Positions 49,135 through 60,600 are shown, counted from the first letter of the stretch. The stretch is DNA of 64,000 nt from an uncultured bacterium (GCA_963749495.1 CAVVMW010000023.1:800001-864000); one strand, 5' to 3'. Program-made: numbers and translations. The notes: a model not told the origin generated them from the letters alone.

Positions 49135-49644
49135 ATGCGCTTCATGACCACGGACCTGCCCGAGGATAAGGGCACCTACGTCCTGATTGCCCAGGTAACA
49201 CAACTGAAACGCCTGGAGATCGGCAGCCTGGGGAAATTCGACATCGTCCCGGGCTTCGATGCTTACGTGGGCAGTGCCTTCGGGTCTGGCGGGCTTCGAG
49301 GACGCCTGGCTCATCACCTGGAATCGACCGCCGAACCCCACTGGCACATCGATTACCTGCTCCGAGTCGCCATTCCCATCGAGGTTTGGTTCACGACCGC
49401 GGATCGAAAACTGGAGCATCAATGGGCGGAGTTGCTGGAGAACTCCTCGAACTTCCGCGTGCCGATTGCGCGCTTTGGCTCCTCGGATTATCACCGCAGC
49501 CGGACCAGCCACCTTTTCCATTCCAAGCGGTGGCCGTCCTTCGGCTGTTTCCAGCAGCAGGTCCGGAACGGCTTTGAGGGAGTGGAAGTTGACCAATATC
49601 AGGTCACGGCCGGCAGTCCTGCGAGACAAGGCAACGGGAGATAG
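49135..49644 (+). CDS. GIY-YIG nuclease family protein (DUF123)
   Basis: GTYVL, YVGSAFG.GGLRGRL.HH, HWHIDYL, FGSSD, SHLF. Confidence 0.85.
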   Translation: MRFMTTDLPEDKGTYVLIAQVTQLKRLEIGSLGKFDIVPGFDAYVGSAFGSGGLRGRLAHHLESTAEPHWHIDYLLRVAIPIEVWFTTADRKLEHQWAELLENSSNFRVPIARFGSSDYHRSRTSHLFHSKRWPSFGCFQQQVRNGFEGVEVDQYQVTAGSPARQGNGR

Positions 49645-49655
49645 ATCCTTATCAC

Positions 49656-50705
49656 TCAAGCCGCGCGGATCAGCCCCCGCATGTATTCCGCGGCAAGCTG
49701 CGCGTTCTGGTCCGCGAACTCAATTCCCACCGTCTGGCCGTTGATGACGGACAGCGGATGACACAGCTCGAAACCGAGATAACCCACGTAACCGATCTCC
49801 TTCATCGCCTGCACGAAGACCGGATAAAACGCCTCTCCCTTGATGGAACCGTCCGCCTCCCGCTTGTACTCACTGCCAAAATGGGAGAGGACCTGCAACG
49901 GTCCCACCGCCCGGGCGGCGGCCTGAATCACCGCCGGGCTTTTGTCGGGCATAATCGGTACGTCCAGGCAGACCTTCAGATGCGGGGAATTGACCTCCTG
50001 GACCATCCGCAAGACATCCTGGTGGTCTTTGATGACCGGGGCGTGGTTCTGGAGCGCGAGCGTGACCCCGGCGTTGCCGCCATAGCGGGCGGATTCGATA
50101 AGCCCGGCGCGGCACCACTCCCAGGTCTCCTCGGGGCTGAAAGAGTCGTGGACGGTTTTCCAGAAGCCGCGAGCCAGGTCATAGCGGCCCAATTGCCGGT
50201 GCCGCGTGACCCCCGGCCAGGCCAGGAAGACCCGCACGGTCTTGACCCGCAAGTCAGCCGCCATGCGGATGAGTTCCCGCAGATAGACGATTTGGGCTTC
50301 GCGCACCTCCGGGATAGGGCTGCTCAAGTCGTTGTTCGCCGCCACCGAATAAAGCTCAATGCCCGCGCCCTCCGCCCGCGAGCGCAGTTCCTGACAGCGG
50401 CTTCGGGAGAGGTCCAGAGGATTCCCATGGGGCCGTTTGCCATCAATCTCCACGCCGTCATAGCCGTACTTCCTGGCGCGCTCGATGACCTCTTCCAGGC
50501 TCAGCGCTTCCCCCCGATACCACAGCCCCAGATAGGTGATGCTATAGAGACCGATTTTCATGCCGGTTTTCTTAACCTGGTTGTCCGAGGTTTGGGAAGC
50601 GGGATCGCTGTCCGCAAGGCCGGTGTCATTAACCAGCGCGCCGGCCAGCGCCGAAGCGGCGGTTCGCTCCAGGAAGCGTCTCCGCGAGAGTTGAGTAGGT
50701 TTCAT
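49656..50705 (-). CDS. Tat-exported sugar phosphate isomerase/epimerase (AP endonuclease 2 TIM barrel)
   Basis: SRRRFL signal; GYDGVEI, LALQNH, VCLD, GY.GYLGFE. Confidence 0.88.
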   Translation of the reverse strand: MKPTQLSRRRFLERTAASALAGALVNDTGLADSDPASQTSDNQVKKTGMKIGLYSITYLGLWYRGEALSLEEVIERARKYGYDGVEIDGKRPHGNPLDLSRSRCQELRSRAEGAGIELYSVAANNDLSSPIPEVREAQIVYLRELIRMAADLRVKTVRVFLAWPGVTRHRQLGRYDLARGFWKTVHDSFSPEETWEWCRAGLIESARYGGNAGVTLALQNHAPVIKDHQDVLRMVQEVNSPHLKVCLDVPIMPDKSPAVIQAAARAVGPLQVLSHFGSEYKREADGSIKGEAFYPVFVQAMKEIGYVGYLGFELCHPLSVINGQTVGIEFADQNAQLAAEYMRGLIRAA

Positions 50706-52372
50706 TTGGTTTGCGCTTGCAGTAAATCACCGAAGGCCGGCACCAGCGAGTATTTCTTCTGCCAGGGCGTGTACATGAGCCCGCGCACGTTGGGCGTCCG
50801 GCGGGCCAGGTCCACCCAGCTCTGGACATCCTTCAAATCATCCGCGTCGTAATAACACCCCACCAATGTCGCAAAGCCCTGGTCCGCGAAGAAGCGCAGG
50901 CTCTTCTCCCGCGGCGCTCCGCCCCACACGGCGATGATCAGGTCCTTGGGCACGTGCCGCCAGGAACCGGTGAAATCCCCTTCGACAAGGTAGTAATCGC
51001 CGTGGGCGTTGTGATTGGGATCCAGCATGTCCGACCAGATATAGACCTGGGCATTGGGGCTGTATTTGCGGATGCTCTCGACCTCGCGCGTGATACAGCG
51101 GCCCAGGAGTTCGCCCGTATTCTTTCCTCGGCAGGCCCGGCACGTGCCGCCCATGCGGATTTCGTCCATGTTCAAAAGCACTCGGCCTGGGTGCAACCGT
51201 TCGGCCAGCAGCCGGGCTTCGTGGTCGAAAAAGTCATAGAGCGCAGGCTCACCCATGCACACCGTAACCTGCCCGTCGTGGATGATCATCGAGTGATACC
51301 AACTGACCCGGAGCCGCGCACCCTCCTGGATGCGGCCGCCGGGGAGCAATTTCAAGGGCAGCGCCTCGGCCTCGTCTCGGCCGGGGCGGAGATTGGCGCT
51401 CTGGAGCGGCTCGTAATCCCGGCCCTCGGCATAAGTAACTGCCCCATCCTCGCTCCGGACCGTGACCGGCGTGCCGGGGCGGTGCAAGACGTTCATGGGG
51501 CCGACTTCTTCGAGGGTCCAGTCGTCCAGCCAGACCTTGCCCGCCTTGCCGCCCCAAAGCCCGGCGTAGAGCCGGACCTTGTCACAGCCCAGGCTGTTGA
51601 AGAGCATCGTGAGCTTGCGCCAGTCGGTGGTGGCCGGCAGGTTGAACGAGCGGGGTGCCAGTTCCCGGTTCCCCGTTGGGGCCAGGGCCAAGACCTGGAA
51701 GGCGTGGGCCGGCTGCAAGCCTTCGGTCTTTGCCCAAAGCGTGAGGCGATAGCAGCGGTGCGGGTGCAGGCGCACCTCCTGCATGATCCGGCCATGGCCA
51801 TGAGGGTTGGCGGTGAAGTTCTCCAGCCGCAACGAGGCATTGCCGCCATGCTTGACCTCGGTATCCGCAAAGCTGATTTCACCTGGCTGATCCTGAAGGC
51901 TAAAGCCGGTAAGCTTGTTGCCAGCGAATTCCTCGAAACCCCCGTTGGCCAGCAGAGCTCGCTCCCCCGGCACAAACCGCGCCTCGCCGCCCTGCACGAG
52001 AAACGGCGCGTCCTTGACCGGCACCCCTTCCGCCAGGTTCGGGTCGTGGGCGAGAGCACTGCCGCCATAACCGACCGAGAAGATCGACGGGATCATCTCG
52101 AGATGGTTTCGCTCGCAGGCTTGTCTGACCTCGTCCAGCCGACGAAAGTAATCGGCGGATTTCTGGCAGAGAGTATCCAGGCCGAAGGAGACGACGGCGC
52201 CGTTGCAGCTGTGCTGGCCCGCAGCATCGAGTACACGGGAAATCTCAGGTACGTCGCTGTCCTTACCCAGCCCCCATCCAAATATCCATACAAATCGGTC
52301 GGCGTAGGGTTCGGCAGCGTAAAGATGACCCGCGAGGCTGGCCAGAGCGACGAGGAGGCATGCTGGTTTCAT
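50702..52372 (-). CDS. Secreted GH20-like TIM-barrel protein with a CBM4/9-like insert
   Basis: Signal peptide, NGGFEE...WLDD CBM signature, MDEIR, IWSDM.DPNHN. Confidence 0.7.
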   Translation of the reverse strand: MKPACLLVALASLAGHLYAAEPYADRFVWIFGWGLGKDSDVPEISRVLDAAGQHSCNGAVVSFGLDTLCQKSADYFRRLDEVRQACERNHLEMIPSIFSVGYGGSALAHDPNLAEGVPVKDAPFLVQGGEARFVPGERALLANGGFEEFAGNKLTGFSLQDQPGEISFADTEVKHGGNASLRLENFTANPHGHGRIMQEVRLHPHRCYRLTLWAKTEGLQPAHAFQVLALAPTGNRELAPRSFNLPATTDWRKLTMLFNSLGCDKVRLYAGLWGGKAGKVWLDDWTLEEVGPMNVLHRPGTPVTVRSEDGAVTYAEGRDYEPLQSANLRPGRDEAEALPLKLLPGGRIQEGARLRVSWYHSMIIHDGQVTVCMGEPALYDFFDHEARLLAERLHPGRVLLNMDEIRMGGTCRACRGKNTGELLGRCITREVESIRKYSPNAQVYIWSDMLDPNHNAHGDYYLVEGDFTGSWRHVPKDLIIAVWGGAPREKSLRFFADQGFATLVGCYYDADDLKDVQSWVDLARRTPNVRGLMYTPWQKKYSLVPAFGDLLQAQTK

Positions 52373-52500
52373 CGTGCGACGAGCTTACCTCTGAACCAGA
52401 AGAGGGGAAGTGAAAAACCGTCATGCTTGCCGCATGGCGTTGCGCACGTGAGTCAGGGATTGGCTGTGCAACTGCCCGCGGTTATCCTGCCCCTGAAGTG

Positions 52501-53280
52501 ATGAGTGACAGCCTCCAGAGCTCGACCGCCGGCAAGCCGGCACCGGCACCCGTGGTCCGCTGGAAGCGCCGGTTCGTTGTGGCGCTGGCGGCGTGGCTGG
52601 CCGTGGTGTCCAGCCTGGTGCTCGCGCTCAACTGGAGCAAGCGGGGACCCCGGGCCATGGTGCTGATGGCTTGGGGCCTGATCCTGCTCTGGATCGGCGG
52701 CTGCGGCTTGAGCATGTGGCGCTGGCGCGATCGGTGGTGCCGGTTGGCAGACCTCGTGCCACTGCCCTGGATGCTGAAGTTCGTCCTCGGCTGCATCGCC
52801 CTGGCTCTGCTCGAGGAAGCCATTACGACGCTGATGACCAACTGCGCCCCGCTCCTGGGTGTGAGCATCGGCCAGGCTTACATCACCGCTTCCGCCAACT
52901 ACTTCAACGTGGTCCTTTACCATAGCGTGGTGATGTTCGTGCCGTTACTTGTCGGTTGGGCTGTCCTGCTTTGGCGCTGGCGATTCACGCCCTTCGCCGC
53001 GTTCGTTCTGTTCGGGATAACGGGCACCCTCGCCGAAGCCAGCGCCTTCGGGCCTCAGAGCCTGGCCAACTTCGGACTCTGGATCTTCGTCTATGGTCTG
53101 ATGGTCTGGTTGCCGGCCCACTGGGCGCCCCCGGAACGGTCTGCCCGCGTGCCGCGGTGGTGGGCGTATCCCCTGGCGACAATCGCGCCCTTCTTCTTCA
53201 TGCCCTCGTTGTTCTTACTGGCGCCCTGGCTCTGGCTGACGGCCAAGCACCCTCCGATTCACTTTCCACCGATTCACTGA
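52501..53280 (+). CDS. Integral membrane hypothetical protein
   Basis: About seven hydrophobic segments; LLEEA and G.LAE. Confidence 0.75.
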   Translation: MSDSLQSSTAGKPAPAPVVRWKRRFVVALAAWLAVVSSLVLALNWSKRGPRAMVLMAWGLILLWIGGCGLSMWRWRDRWCRLADLVPLPWMLKFVLGCIALALLEEAITTLMTNCAPLLGVSIGQAYITASANYFNVVLYHSVVMFVPLLVGWAVLLWRWRFTPFAAFVLFGITGTLAEASAFGPQSLANFGLWIFVYGLMVWLPAHWAPPERSARVPRWWAYPLATIAPFFFMPSLFLLAPWLWLTAKHPPIHFPPIH

Positions 53281-53642
53281 GACGGCATCCCTTTTTCCCG
53301 ACGGGCGCACGTCCGGCAGGCTCAGGTCATGTCTGCTCGCCCACAACCCGATTCGTCCCACGCGCGGCCTGCAGCAATCGATCCAGCAGCCCGCGGGGCT
53401 TGGTCGGCGCGCCAAAATCCTGGCCCTAAGTGCCGCCGCCGGCGACCAGGGCATCAGGTCAGCGGTTGGAGGGGCGGAGCCAAGCTCTCCAATGACGGCT
53501 ATGGATTACTGCCGGCGTTCGCGGACGGTTTGCTGGATCGGATGCCTGCCGGGATTACACTCATTGACGGCAACGAAGCAGCCTATCGCTACAACAGCGA
53601 CGCGGCTGGACTTTGGCGGTGGGGTGGGGCATTAAGGCACGA

Positions 53643-55013
53643 ATGTCGAACGGAAACACCCAAGTTCTGGCTGAATCGGCGCCTTCGGGCTCCAGCGGAG
53701 GATTCAGGCGGGTGCTCTCGCTCTGGGACCTGGTGCTGTTCGGCCTGGCATTCGTTGGACCGACCGCGCCCTATTCGATGTTTGGCCTCGCCACGGTGAA
53801 GTCGCAAGGACACCTCCCCTTGGTCTATCTGCTGGCCATGGTGGTCATGAGCCTGACGGCCATCAGCTACGGGCGGATGGCGGCGGTGTACCCGGAGGCT
53901 GGGTCCACCTACGCCTACGCCTCCAAAGGACTGCACCCATACCTGGGCTTTTTGGCCGGTTGGGGCATGATCCTGGACTATGTGCTGATCCCATTGCTCA
54001 GCGTCATCTATGTCGCATTGACGGCAAGCAAGCTGGTCCCGCAGGTTCCCTACTGGCTTTGGGCCGTGGCGACGGCGGTCGGAATCACACTGATTAATCT
54101 GCGGGGCATCCGCGTCACTGCCCGCGCCAACCTCGTCTTGAATGCGATCATGATCGGTTCGCTGGCCTGGTTTGTTCTGGTGGCGCTGCGGGCGCTCTTG
54201 GGCGGAGCCGGCGAGGGAGTCTTGTTCTCCTCGAAGCCCTTTTACTCTCCCGAGCATTTCGCGTGGAAACCGATCCTGGGCGCCACGTCACTGGCGGCCT
54301 TGTCTTACCTGGGCTTTGACGGGATCAGCACCCTTTCCGAGGATGCGAAAAACCCCGGCAGGGATGTCTGGCGCGCCACGTTGCTGGTCTGCTTTCTGGC
54401 CGGCGGGCTTTTTGTGCTGCAGAGCTATCTCGGCCAGATGGTCTGGCCCGATTACACCACGTTCCATCCCGTGGAGACGGCGTTTATGGACCTCAGCAAA
54501 CGGATCGGCGGCAGCGCGCTCTATCTCTGCATTTCCTTCGTGCTGGTGGTGGGCGGCTTGGCCAGTGCCATCACGGGGCAGGCCAGCGCCTCGCGTCTGT
54601 TGGTGGGGATGGGGCGGGACGCTCTCTTGCCCCGGAGGTCGTTTGCCTTTGTCCATCCGCGGTTGGGGACGCCGGTGTACAGCGTCGTGCTCATGGGCGC
54701 CATTCATCTGGCAGGCGCCCTCGTCCTCCGCTACGCCGAAGTGGCTGAACTCGTCAACTTTGGGGCCCTGCTTGGCTTCATGCTCGTCAACTTGGCAGTG
54801 GTCCGGCAGTTCTTCTTCCGCTTGCAGCAGAGGGCCATCGGGTTGAACCTCGCCATTCCATTGGCGGGGTTTGCGGTCTGCTTCTGTCTCTGGGTGAACC
54901 TGTCCGGGTTCGCCCTGAAGCTGGGCGCCGGCTGGCTGATGTTGGGTCTCATTTACCTTCTGGTCCTGACTCGCGGCTTCCGCAGAACTCTGGTCAGCCT
55001 GCGATTCGAATGA
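53643..55013 (+). CDS. APC family amino acid/polyamine permease
   Basis: RRVLSLWDLVLFGL, SYGRMA..YP.AGSTY.Y, SYLGFDGISTLSED; about 12 TM. Confidence 0.92.
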   Translation: MSNGNTQVLAESAPSGSSGGFRRVLSLWDLVLFGLAFVGPTAPYSMFGLATVKSQGHLPLVYLLAMVVMSLTAISYGRMAAVYPEAGSTYAYASKGLHPYLGFLAGWGMILDYVLIPLLSVIYVALTASKLVPQVPYWLWAVATAVGITLINLRGIRVTARANLVLNAIMIGSLAWFVLVALRALLGGAGEGVLFSSKPFYSPEHFAWKPILGATSLAALSYLGFDGISTLSEDAKNPGRDVWRATLLVCFLAGGLFVLQSYLGQMVWPDYTTFHPVETAFMDLSKRIGGSALYLCISFVLVVGGLASAITGQASASRLLVGMGRDALLPRRSFAFVHPRLGTPVYSVVLMGAIHLAGALVLRYAEVAELVNFGALLGFMLVNLAVVRQFFFRLQQRAIGLNLAIPLAGFAVCFCLWVNLSGFALKLGAGWLMLGLIYLLVLTRGFRRTLVSLRFE

Positions 55014-58000
55014 AACGGTCGATCCTCCTCCTTTTCGTCATTCTTGCCGCCGCGGCCGACGCCGCAAATCCTCCCGTCCGGAGTTATACCGGCACTTTGA
55101 CCATCCCGACCTACGAGCCCGGTGCGCGGGAACTGGAACCCGCGCTCTTTTCGAACTCGAGCGTGGCCGGGATGTACCCGTTTCCGAGCTACCTTCTGCC
55201 CTGGCGTGAGGGTTCGCCGGTGCCCAAGACCTACCACGCCGTTTTCCTCGAAAATGAGTTCCTTAAGCTGACTTACCTGCCCGAGTTGGGCGGCCGCATC
55301 TTTTCCGTGTTCGACAAGCTCCGCAACCGCGAAGTCTTTTACCGAAACGACGTCATCAAGCCGGCGCCCTACAACCCCCGCATGAGCTGGCCGCAGTCCG
55401 GGCTGGAGTTGACCGGCCCCCACGACGTCCACATGCTCACGCTGCACGGCGAACCGTTCTGGTCGCACCGCATTGTGCCGCGCGAGGGCGGAGCCGTCTC
55501 GCTGGTGCTCGGCGAGACCGATCCCATCTACCAGATGGAAGTGACGCTTTCCGCCACGCTCCATCCCGGCGTCGCCGCGCTGGAGATCGGCGTCTTCTGC
55601 TACAACCCGCGCGACGCGCGCATGCCGCAGATGTTCTGGATCAACAGCGCTGTTCCCGCCACTCCCGGGACGCGGTTCCTCTATCAGATGTCGCGCACGG
55701 TCGGCCATACGACCGCCGACATCGCCGACTGGCCGGTGCACAACGGCGTCGACTATAGTTGGGACCGCAACAACCAGCATATGCTGGGGCTGTTCGGCAT
55801 CGATGCCTATGACGATTTCAACGGCGCCTACCAGTTTGACCGCGACTACGGCGTGTTCCGTTACGCCGACCGCCGCATCGTGCAGGGCATGAAACTGTGG
55901 ACCTTCGGCTACGGCCCGGGTGCGAAGGACCACGAGCGCGGTTATACCGATAACGCCGGTCCTTACGTCGAGTTGCAGAGCGGGCGCCACGTGTGGGACG
56001 GGCATTACGAATGGATAGCCCCGCATAAAACCGAGGCCTGGACCGAGTGGTGGGTGCCCGTGGCCGGGACCCACGGCGTTACCAGCCTGACCAGCGAAGC
56101 CGCGCTGAACCTCGAAGTGGACAAAGGGACCCTCAGGATCGCGCTGGCCGCGACCCGCCGAATTCCGCACGCGCAACTGGTGGCCAGCGCCCGTACCGGC
56201 GAGATCGGACGCGCTGAGGTTGACCTGGACCCTGCCAAACCCGTCCGCCGGGACTTTCCGACCGGGACCAGCTACCTGGCCGAGCTGCGAATACGAGTCG
56301 CCGAGCCTGGTGGTCACACCGTTCTCGACTACCGCCGCCCCGACTCCCACCCCAGGGAATATACGCCCTTCACCAAGCCGCTGGAATTGCCGCGGAGGTC
56401 CCCGGAGCAGATGAGCGTCGAGGAACTCGTTTTGGCGGCGGAGTTTCGGTCCAAGGAACTCGATGCTGCGGGAGCAACGGCACTGCTCGAAAAGGCGCTC
56501 GAACGGGACCCGGGATATTCGCGGGCGCACCTGCTGCTGGGGATCCAGGCATTCACGGCCGGCAGGCACGAAGAGGCGGTGCGCAGCCTCGAAACAGCCA
56601 TCGCCCGCGACCCCTATACGGACGAGGCGTACTACTACCTGGCAATGGCCCAGCTCGCCCTGGGCCGCGACAAAGAAGGTGAGAGGAACCTCTACTACAT
56701 TTGGCCCATCAGCGCCTATTATGGCGGGCGCGAGTTTCACCTGGGCCGGCTCAAGCTGCTCGCCGGCGATAAGGCCGCTGCCCTGGAGCGCTTCCGAGGC
56801 GCAGTGGACGCCAACGCGCGCAACCTGCTCTCCCGTCTCGCTCTGGCGCTGCTCTATAGGGAACTTGGCCGCACCGCCGAGGCGCGCGAGCAACTCGCCA
56901 CGGTCGAGAAGATCGATCCCAACCACCGCGTCGTCTTCGCGGAAAAATACTTCGCCACGGCCCACAAGACGGCGGAACGGGAACTCCTGCGCATGTTGGG
57001 AGGACAAAGCCAGGAGGCGATTCCGGTTTCGATTTTCTACCGCCAACTCGGGCGGTGGAAGGAGGCGGTTCGCCTGCTGCGATTGGTCGAAGCCAACAAC
57101 CAGGATCCCTGGGGCACGCCGCCGGAGTTCTACTACACACTGGCCTATTGCCAGAAGCGTGCGGGAGATGCCGACGGCGCCGAAACATCCCTGCGGAAGG
57201 CGCGAGCCGCCGCGGGCAGCATCGATCGCTTCCCCTACCGGGACGAAGCGGAGCCGGTTTTGCGCGAAGCGGTCGCCGCTCATCCCGGCGACGCGCTTGC
57301 CCGTTTTCTGCTGGGCTGCTTGCTCTACTGGCGGAATCAGCGGCCGCAGGCCATCGAGCAGTGGGAAGTTGCCGTCGCGGCCAATCCATCGGATTTCTCG
57401 TTGCGGCGGGCGCTTGGATTGGCTTACGCCGAGCAAGGCTTTCCTCTCAAGAAGGCTGCCGCGCAACTGGAGCGCGCGGTCCAGCTTCAGCCGACCAACC
57501 TCCGTGTCCTGAATGATCTCGGCTCACTCTATGCGCGCGCCGGGCGTTTTGGAGATCAGTTGAGTCTGCTCCGCAAGGCACTGGCCCGAACCCCGGGGGA
57601 CGACAACCTCGCCGAAGGCGTGCTGACCGCCCACCTGAGCGAAGGCAATTACGCGGACGCCAAGCAACTGTTGGCGGAGCACCGGTTCGCCCCGCGCCAT
57701 CGCAGCTATGGTCTGCGCGACAAATACCGGGTGATGCGCTACGGGCAGGGCGCTCGCGCCTATCGGAGCGGCGACTATGCCGCGGCGCTGCGCCGAATCC
57801 AGGAGGCGACCGTGCCGCCCACCTCTTTGGGCGTGGACGATTTCCAGGGCCAGACCTCGCCCCGCTTGAATTACTACGCCGGCCTCGTTCTCCGAAAACT
57901 CGGCCGCAACGAGGAAGCCCGGCAGAGCTTCGAACGCGCCGTCTCGGAGCTTGCCCAGCTCTCCGGCGACCGCGATAGCTGGAACAGCGAGAATTTCTTC

Positions 58001-58267
58001 ATGGTGCCGGCCCTGGAGAAGCTGGGCCGGTCAACCGAGGCAGCCGCTCTCAGACAGCGGTTTGAAAACTTCGCCCTTTCGGAGCGCGACTCGAACAACG
58101 CGCACCACCGGGCGGAAGCGCGCTACCTCCTGGGGTTGGTGCGGAGAAACGGGGGCCACACCGATGAAGCCAAGGCGCTCGTCGCTGAAGCCCTCGCTGC
58201 CCGACCCGATTTGCTCCCGGCAAGACTCGAACAGCGCGGCGACGTCATCAATGCTCTGTCCGAATGA
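55010..58267 (+). CDS. DUF5107 domain + TPR repeat protein
   Basis: LENEFLKL..LPELGGRI, FYRNDVIKPA, KLWTFG, YVELQSG; many TPRs. Confidence 0.88.
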   Translation: MKRSILLLFVILAAAADAANPPVRSYTGTLTIPTYEPGARELEPALFSNSSVAGMYPFPSYLLPWREGSPVPKTYHAVFLENEFLKLTYLPELGGRIFSVFDKLRNREVFYRNDVIKPAPYNPRMSWPQSGLELTGPHDVHMLTLHGEPFWSHRIVPREGGAVSLVLGETDPIYQMEVTLSATLHPGVAALEIGVFCYNPRDARMPQMFWINSAVPATPGTRFLYQMSRTVGHTTADIADWPVHNGVDYSWDRNNQHMLGLFGIDAYDDFNGAYQFDRDYGVFRYADRRIVQGMKLWTFGYGPGAKDHERGYTDNAGPYVELQSGRHVWDGHYEWIAPHKTEAWTEWWVPVAGTHGVTSLTSEAALNLEVDKGTLRIALAATRRIPHAQLVASARTGEIGRAEVDLDPAKPVRRDFPTGTSYLAELRIRVAEPGGHTVLDYRRPDSHPREYTPFTKPLELPRRSPEQMSVEELVLAAEFRSKELDAAGATALLEKALERDPGYSRAHLLLGIQAFTAGRHEEAVRSLETAIARDPYTDEAYYYLAMAQLALGRDKEGERNLYYIWPISAYYGGREFHLGRLKLLAGDKAAALERFRGAVDANARNLLSRLALALLYRELGRTAEAREQLATVEKIDPNHRVVFAEKYFATAHKTAERELLRMLGGQSQEAIPVSIFYRQLGRWKEAVRLLRLVEANNQDPWGTPPEFYYTLAYCQKRAGDADGAETSLRKARAAAGSIDRFPYRDEAEPVLREAVAAHPGDALARFLLGCLLYWRNQRPQAIEQWEVAVAANPSDFSLRRALGLAYAEQGFPLKKAAAQLERAVQLQPTNLRVLNDLGSLYARAGRFGDQLSLLRKALARTPGDDNLAEGVLTAHLSEGNYADAKQLLAEHRFAPRHRSYGLRDKYRVMRYGQGARAYRSGDYAAALRRIQEATVPPTSLGVDDFQGQTSPRLNYYAGLVLRKLGRNEEARQSFERAVSELAQLSGDRDSWNSENFFMVPALEKLGRSTEAAALRQRFENFALSERDSNNAHHRAEARYLLGLVRRNGGHTDEAKALVAEALAARPDLLPARLEQRGDVINALSE

Positions 58268-58281
58268 TCTCTACGGTTTTA

Positions 58282-60600
58282 CTAACGCTCGGTGTTCTGC
58301 CACTCCAGTTTCTGGTGACGGGCCCGCAGACCCTGTGCCCGCGCGAACTCGTTCCGGGCGGCCTGAGTGCTTTCGGCCCATTTGCCCAGCGGATATAGTA
58401 ACTCACGGTAGATGAGGTAGCTCATGTCCACCGTCCGCACTGGCCAGTGGTCTTTCACATCATCCACCCGATCCAGGTAGCGGCGGCCGTTGGCCTCAGG
58501 AACACGGGGGAACCAGCTCTGATACCAAGTCGCCACAGCGCTCTGGTAGGCCTGGTTTCGCCGCCGCCAAATGCGGCGGGCCAAGTCGAGCGCCTCATCC
58601 AAGCGAGCCACCGCGCTCGCCGGGGCGTTCTGGGCCAGGTCCTGAGCGGCTTTCAACTCGCCGACGATGCGCTCCGAATCCAGAAGCATCTCCAGGTTCT
58701 GCCGGCATAATTGCGCCACCGACAGGAGCACCTCGAGGTTGTAATGGTTGAAGCGAACGCGCAACCGATTCTCCCGCAGCAGGCCCAGCAACTCGTCGTT
58801 CTCGGCCAGGAAGCCGCGAGCCAGTTCGAGGCGCCGGCGGTTCTGGGCTGACCAATCCCTGTCGAGTTTGAGTCCCTCAGCTGAAACCGGCAGCGGCGGC
58901 AGCGTCTGATCCTGCGCCGGCCGTGGTGGGTTGAAGATTCCGTGGGAATAGCCGAAGATCGGCGTTCGCGCCTGCGAGGGCGCGGTGTCCCAGCTCTCGT
59001 CCCAATATTGGGCCTGACGGTTCATCAACTGATACAACCGGGGCATGCTCGGCAGGTCCGCCCCATAGAACAGGGCGTAGAAAGTGCTCATCAACTCCTC
59101 CGGCTCGGAGGAGTCGGGATGCCAGGCGGCCGCGGACCCTGTGGCGTATCCGAGCCAGAACGTCTCCGGGTGCAAACCGGCGTCGGCCCAGCCGGCGACA
59201 AACGCGCCCATCAGATCTGCCTGCCGGCGGGCTTCGGTCGAGGAGACCGAACGAAAGACCTCGGCCACACGGCCGGGGCCCGCGGCCTCGGTGCCAGGAT
59301 GCAGCCGCTCCGCCGCCGCCAAGGGATAATAGTTGGGAAACAACGGCTCCTCACCCTCGGTCGAGGTGTAGATCAACTGGCGGATGCCGTGCGCCTTGAA
59401 GACCGGGTCGAATTCGGGTCCGGCCGTCTCGCCGTTGACCAGGTAGCCGGGCAGCGCCCCGATGTCCTCCGGCTTCAACGGGTATTCTCCCCAGAACACG
59501 ACCGTGCGCCCCCGCTCGTGGAGATAAGTCGCCGCGCGCGAGATGAACTCGGCCAGGAGCTTGCTCCGGCCGCCCAGTTCGCGCGCTCGGGCTGCCTCGT
59601 CGCAACCCGTTCCCTCCGCCATGCCGACGTAGTAGGGCTCGTCGGTAGAGAGGACAAAGTACTTCCCGCCGCGGTTGGCATCCAGCAGGTCCTGGAACAG
59701 GCCGAACAACACCTCGTAGGTCCGCGGATTCACGACACAGAACTCGTAGTTACAATTCGGAAACGCCCGCAGTGGCGCATAAGCCGGGTGCTTCAGAATG
59801 AATGCATCATGGGCCGGGGCGTCCAGGTACGGGATGAGCTGGATGTGATAGCGCAGGGCATAGTCAGTGAGCTCCTGCAATTGGGCGGGAGTAAGGGCGT
59901 AGGGCTCGACAATCGGCGGAGCGCTCCGGAATTGGAAGTGCCCCTCCAGCTTGAGAGCAAAGCCGTTGATCTTGAAAAAGGCCGCCTGTCGGAGCGCCGC
60001 TTTGAGGACGTCCAGGTGCTCCAGATGATGGGCATCGTCCCAGTAGATGACGCGCAATTGGAGGTCGGGCCAATCCTGGATCTCCCCTTCCGGGAACGTG
60101 AGACGGCCGCCCCGGCGCCCCAACAACTGGAGAAAGGTCTGCACCCCGTAAAACAGCCCCGGAGGAGCGTTGCCGATGATGCTCACGCGACTTGGCGTCA
60201 ACGCAATCCGGTAGGCCTGCTCCGTCAGCGCCGCCCGGTCACGGTCGGCCGGTTGGCCGATCGCAACCGACCCCGGCTCGAGGGAAAGGGAAACGACCCG
60301 GCCGCCAGCCTCGTTTCCGCCGGCCGGCTTGATCTTCAGATGAAAACGCTCCGCCAGTCCCTCCCTGAGACTGGCCACCGCCGCGTCGGTGGGCGCCACG
60401 CCCGGCTCCAACCTCAGCCGCCAATCACTCGTGAACTCCGCGTCTTCCTGGCGGAGCGACACTTTCTGTGGCGCCGGCAACACGGGGTAGCCGCGATCAA
60501 AAAGCGGTGACCCCACGGCGGCCGTGGCGCCGATGGCGGCGCCAGCGAAGGCCGCGGCCCAACAGGCCAATCGGTTCATCTTTCGGAGCCGTTCGCTCAT
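58282..60600 (-). CDS. GH20-family (beta-N-acetylhexosaminidase-like) glycoside hydrolase
   Basis: [47 protein letters not shown]. Confidence 0.85.
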   Translation of the reverse strand: MSERLRKMNRLACWAAAFAGAAIGATAAVGSPLFDRGYPVLPAPQKVSLRQEDAEFTSDWRLRLEPGVAPTDAAVASLREGLAERFHLKIKPAGGNEAGGRVVSLSLEPGSVAIGQPADRDRAALTEQAYRIALTPSRVSIIGNAPPGLFYGVQTFLQLLGRRGGRLTFPEGEIQDWPDLQLRVIYWDDAHHLEHLDVLKAALRQAAFFKINGFALKLEGHFQFRSAPPIVEPYALTPAQLQELTDYALRYHIQLIPYLDAPAHDAFILKHPAYAPLRAFPNCNYEFCVVNPRTYEVLFGLFQDLLDANRGGKYFVLSTDEPYYVGMAEGTGCDEAARARELGGRSKLLAEFISRAATYLHERGRTVVFWGEYPLKPEDIGALPGYLVNGETAGPEFDPVFKAHGIRQLIYTSTEGEEPLFPNYYPLAAAERLHPGTEAAGPGRVAEVFRSVSSTEARRQADLMGAFVAGWADAGLHPETFWLGYATGSAAAWHPDSSEPEELMSTFYALFYGADLPSMPRLYQLMNRQAQYWDESWDTAPSQARTPIFGYSHGIFNPPRPAQDQTLPPLPVSAEGLKLDRDWSAQNRRRLELARGFLAENDELLGLLRENRLRVRFNHYNLEVLLSVAQLCRQNLEMLLDSERIVGELKAAQDLAQNAPASAVARLDEALDLARRIWRRRNQAYQSAVATWYQSWFPRVPEANGRRYLDRVDDVKDHWPVRTVDMSYLIYRELLYPLGKWAESTQAARNEFARAQGLRARHQKLEWQNTER

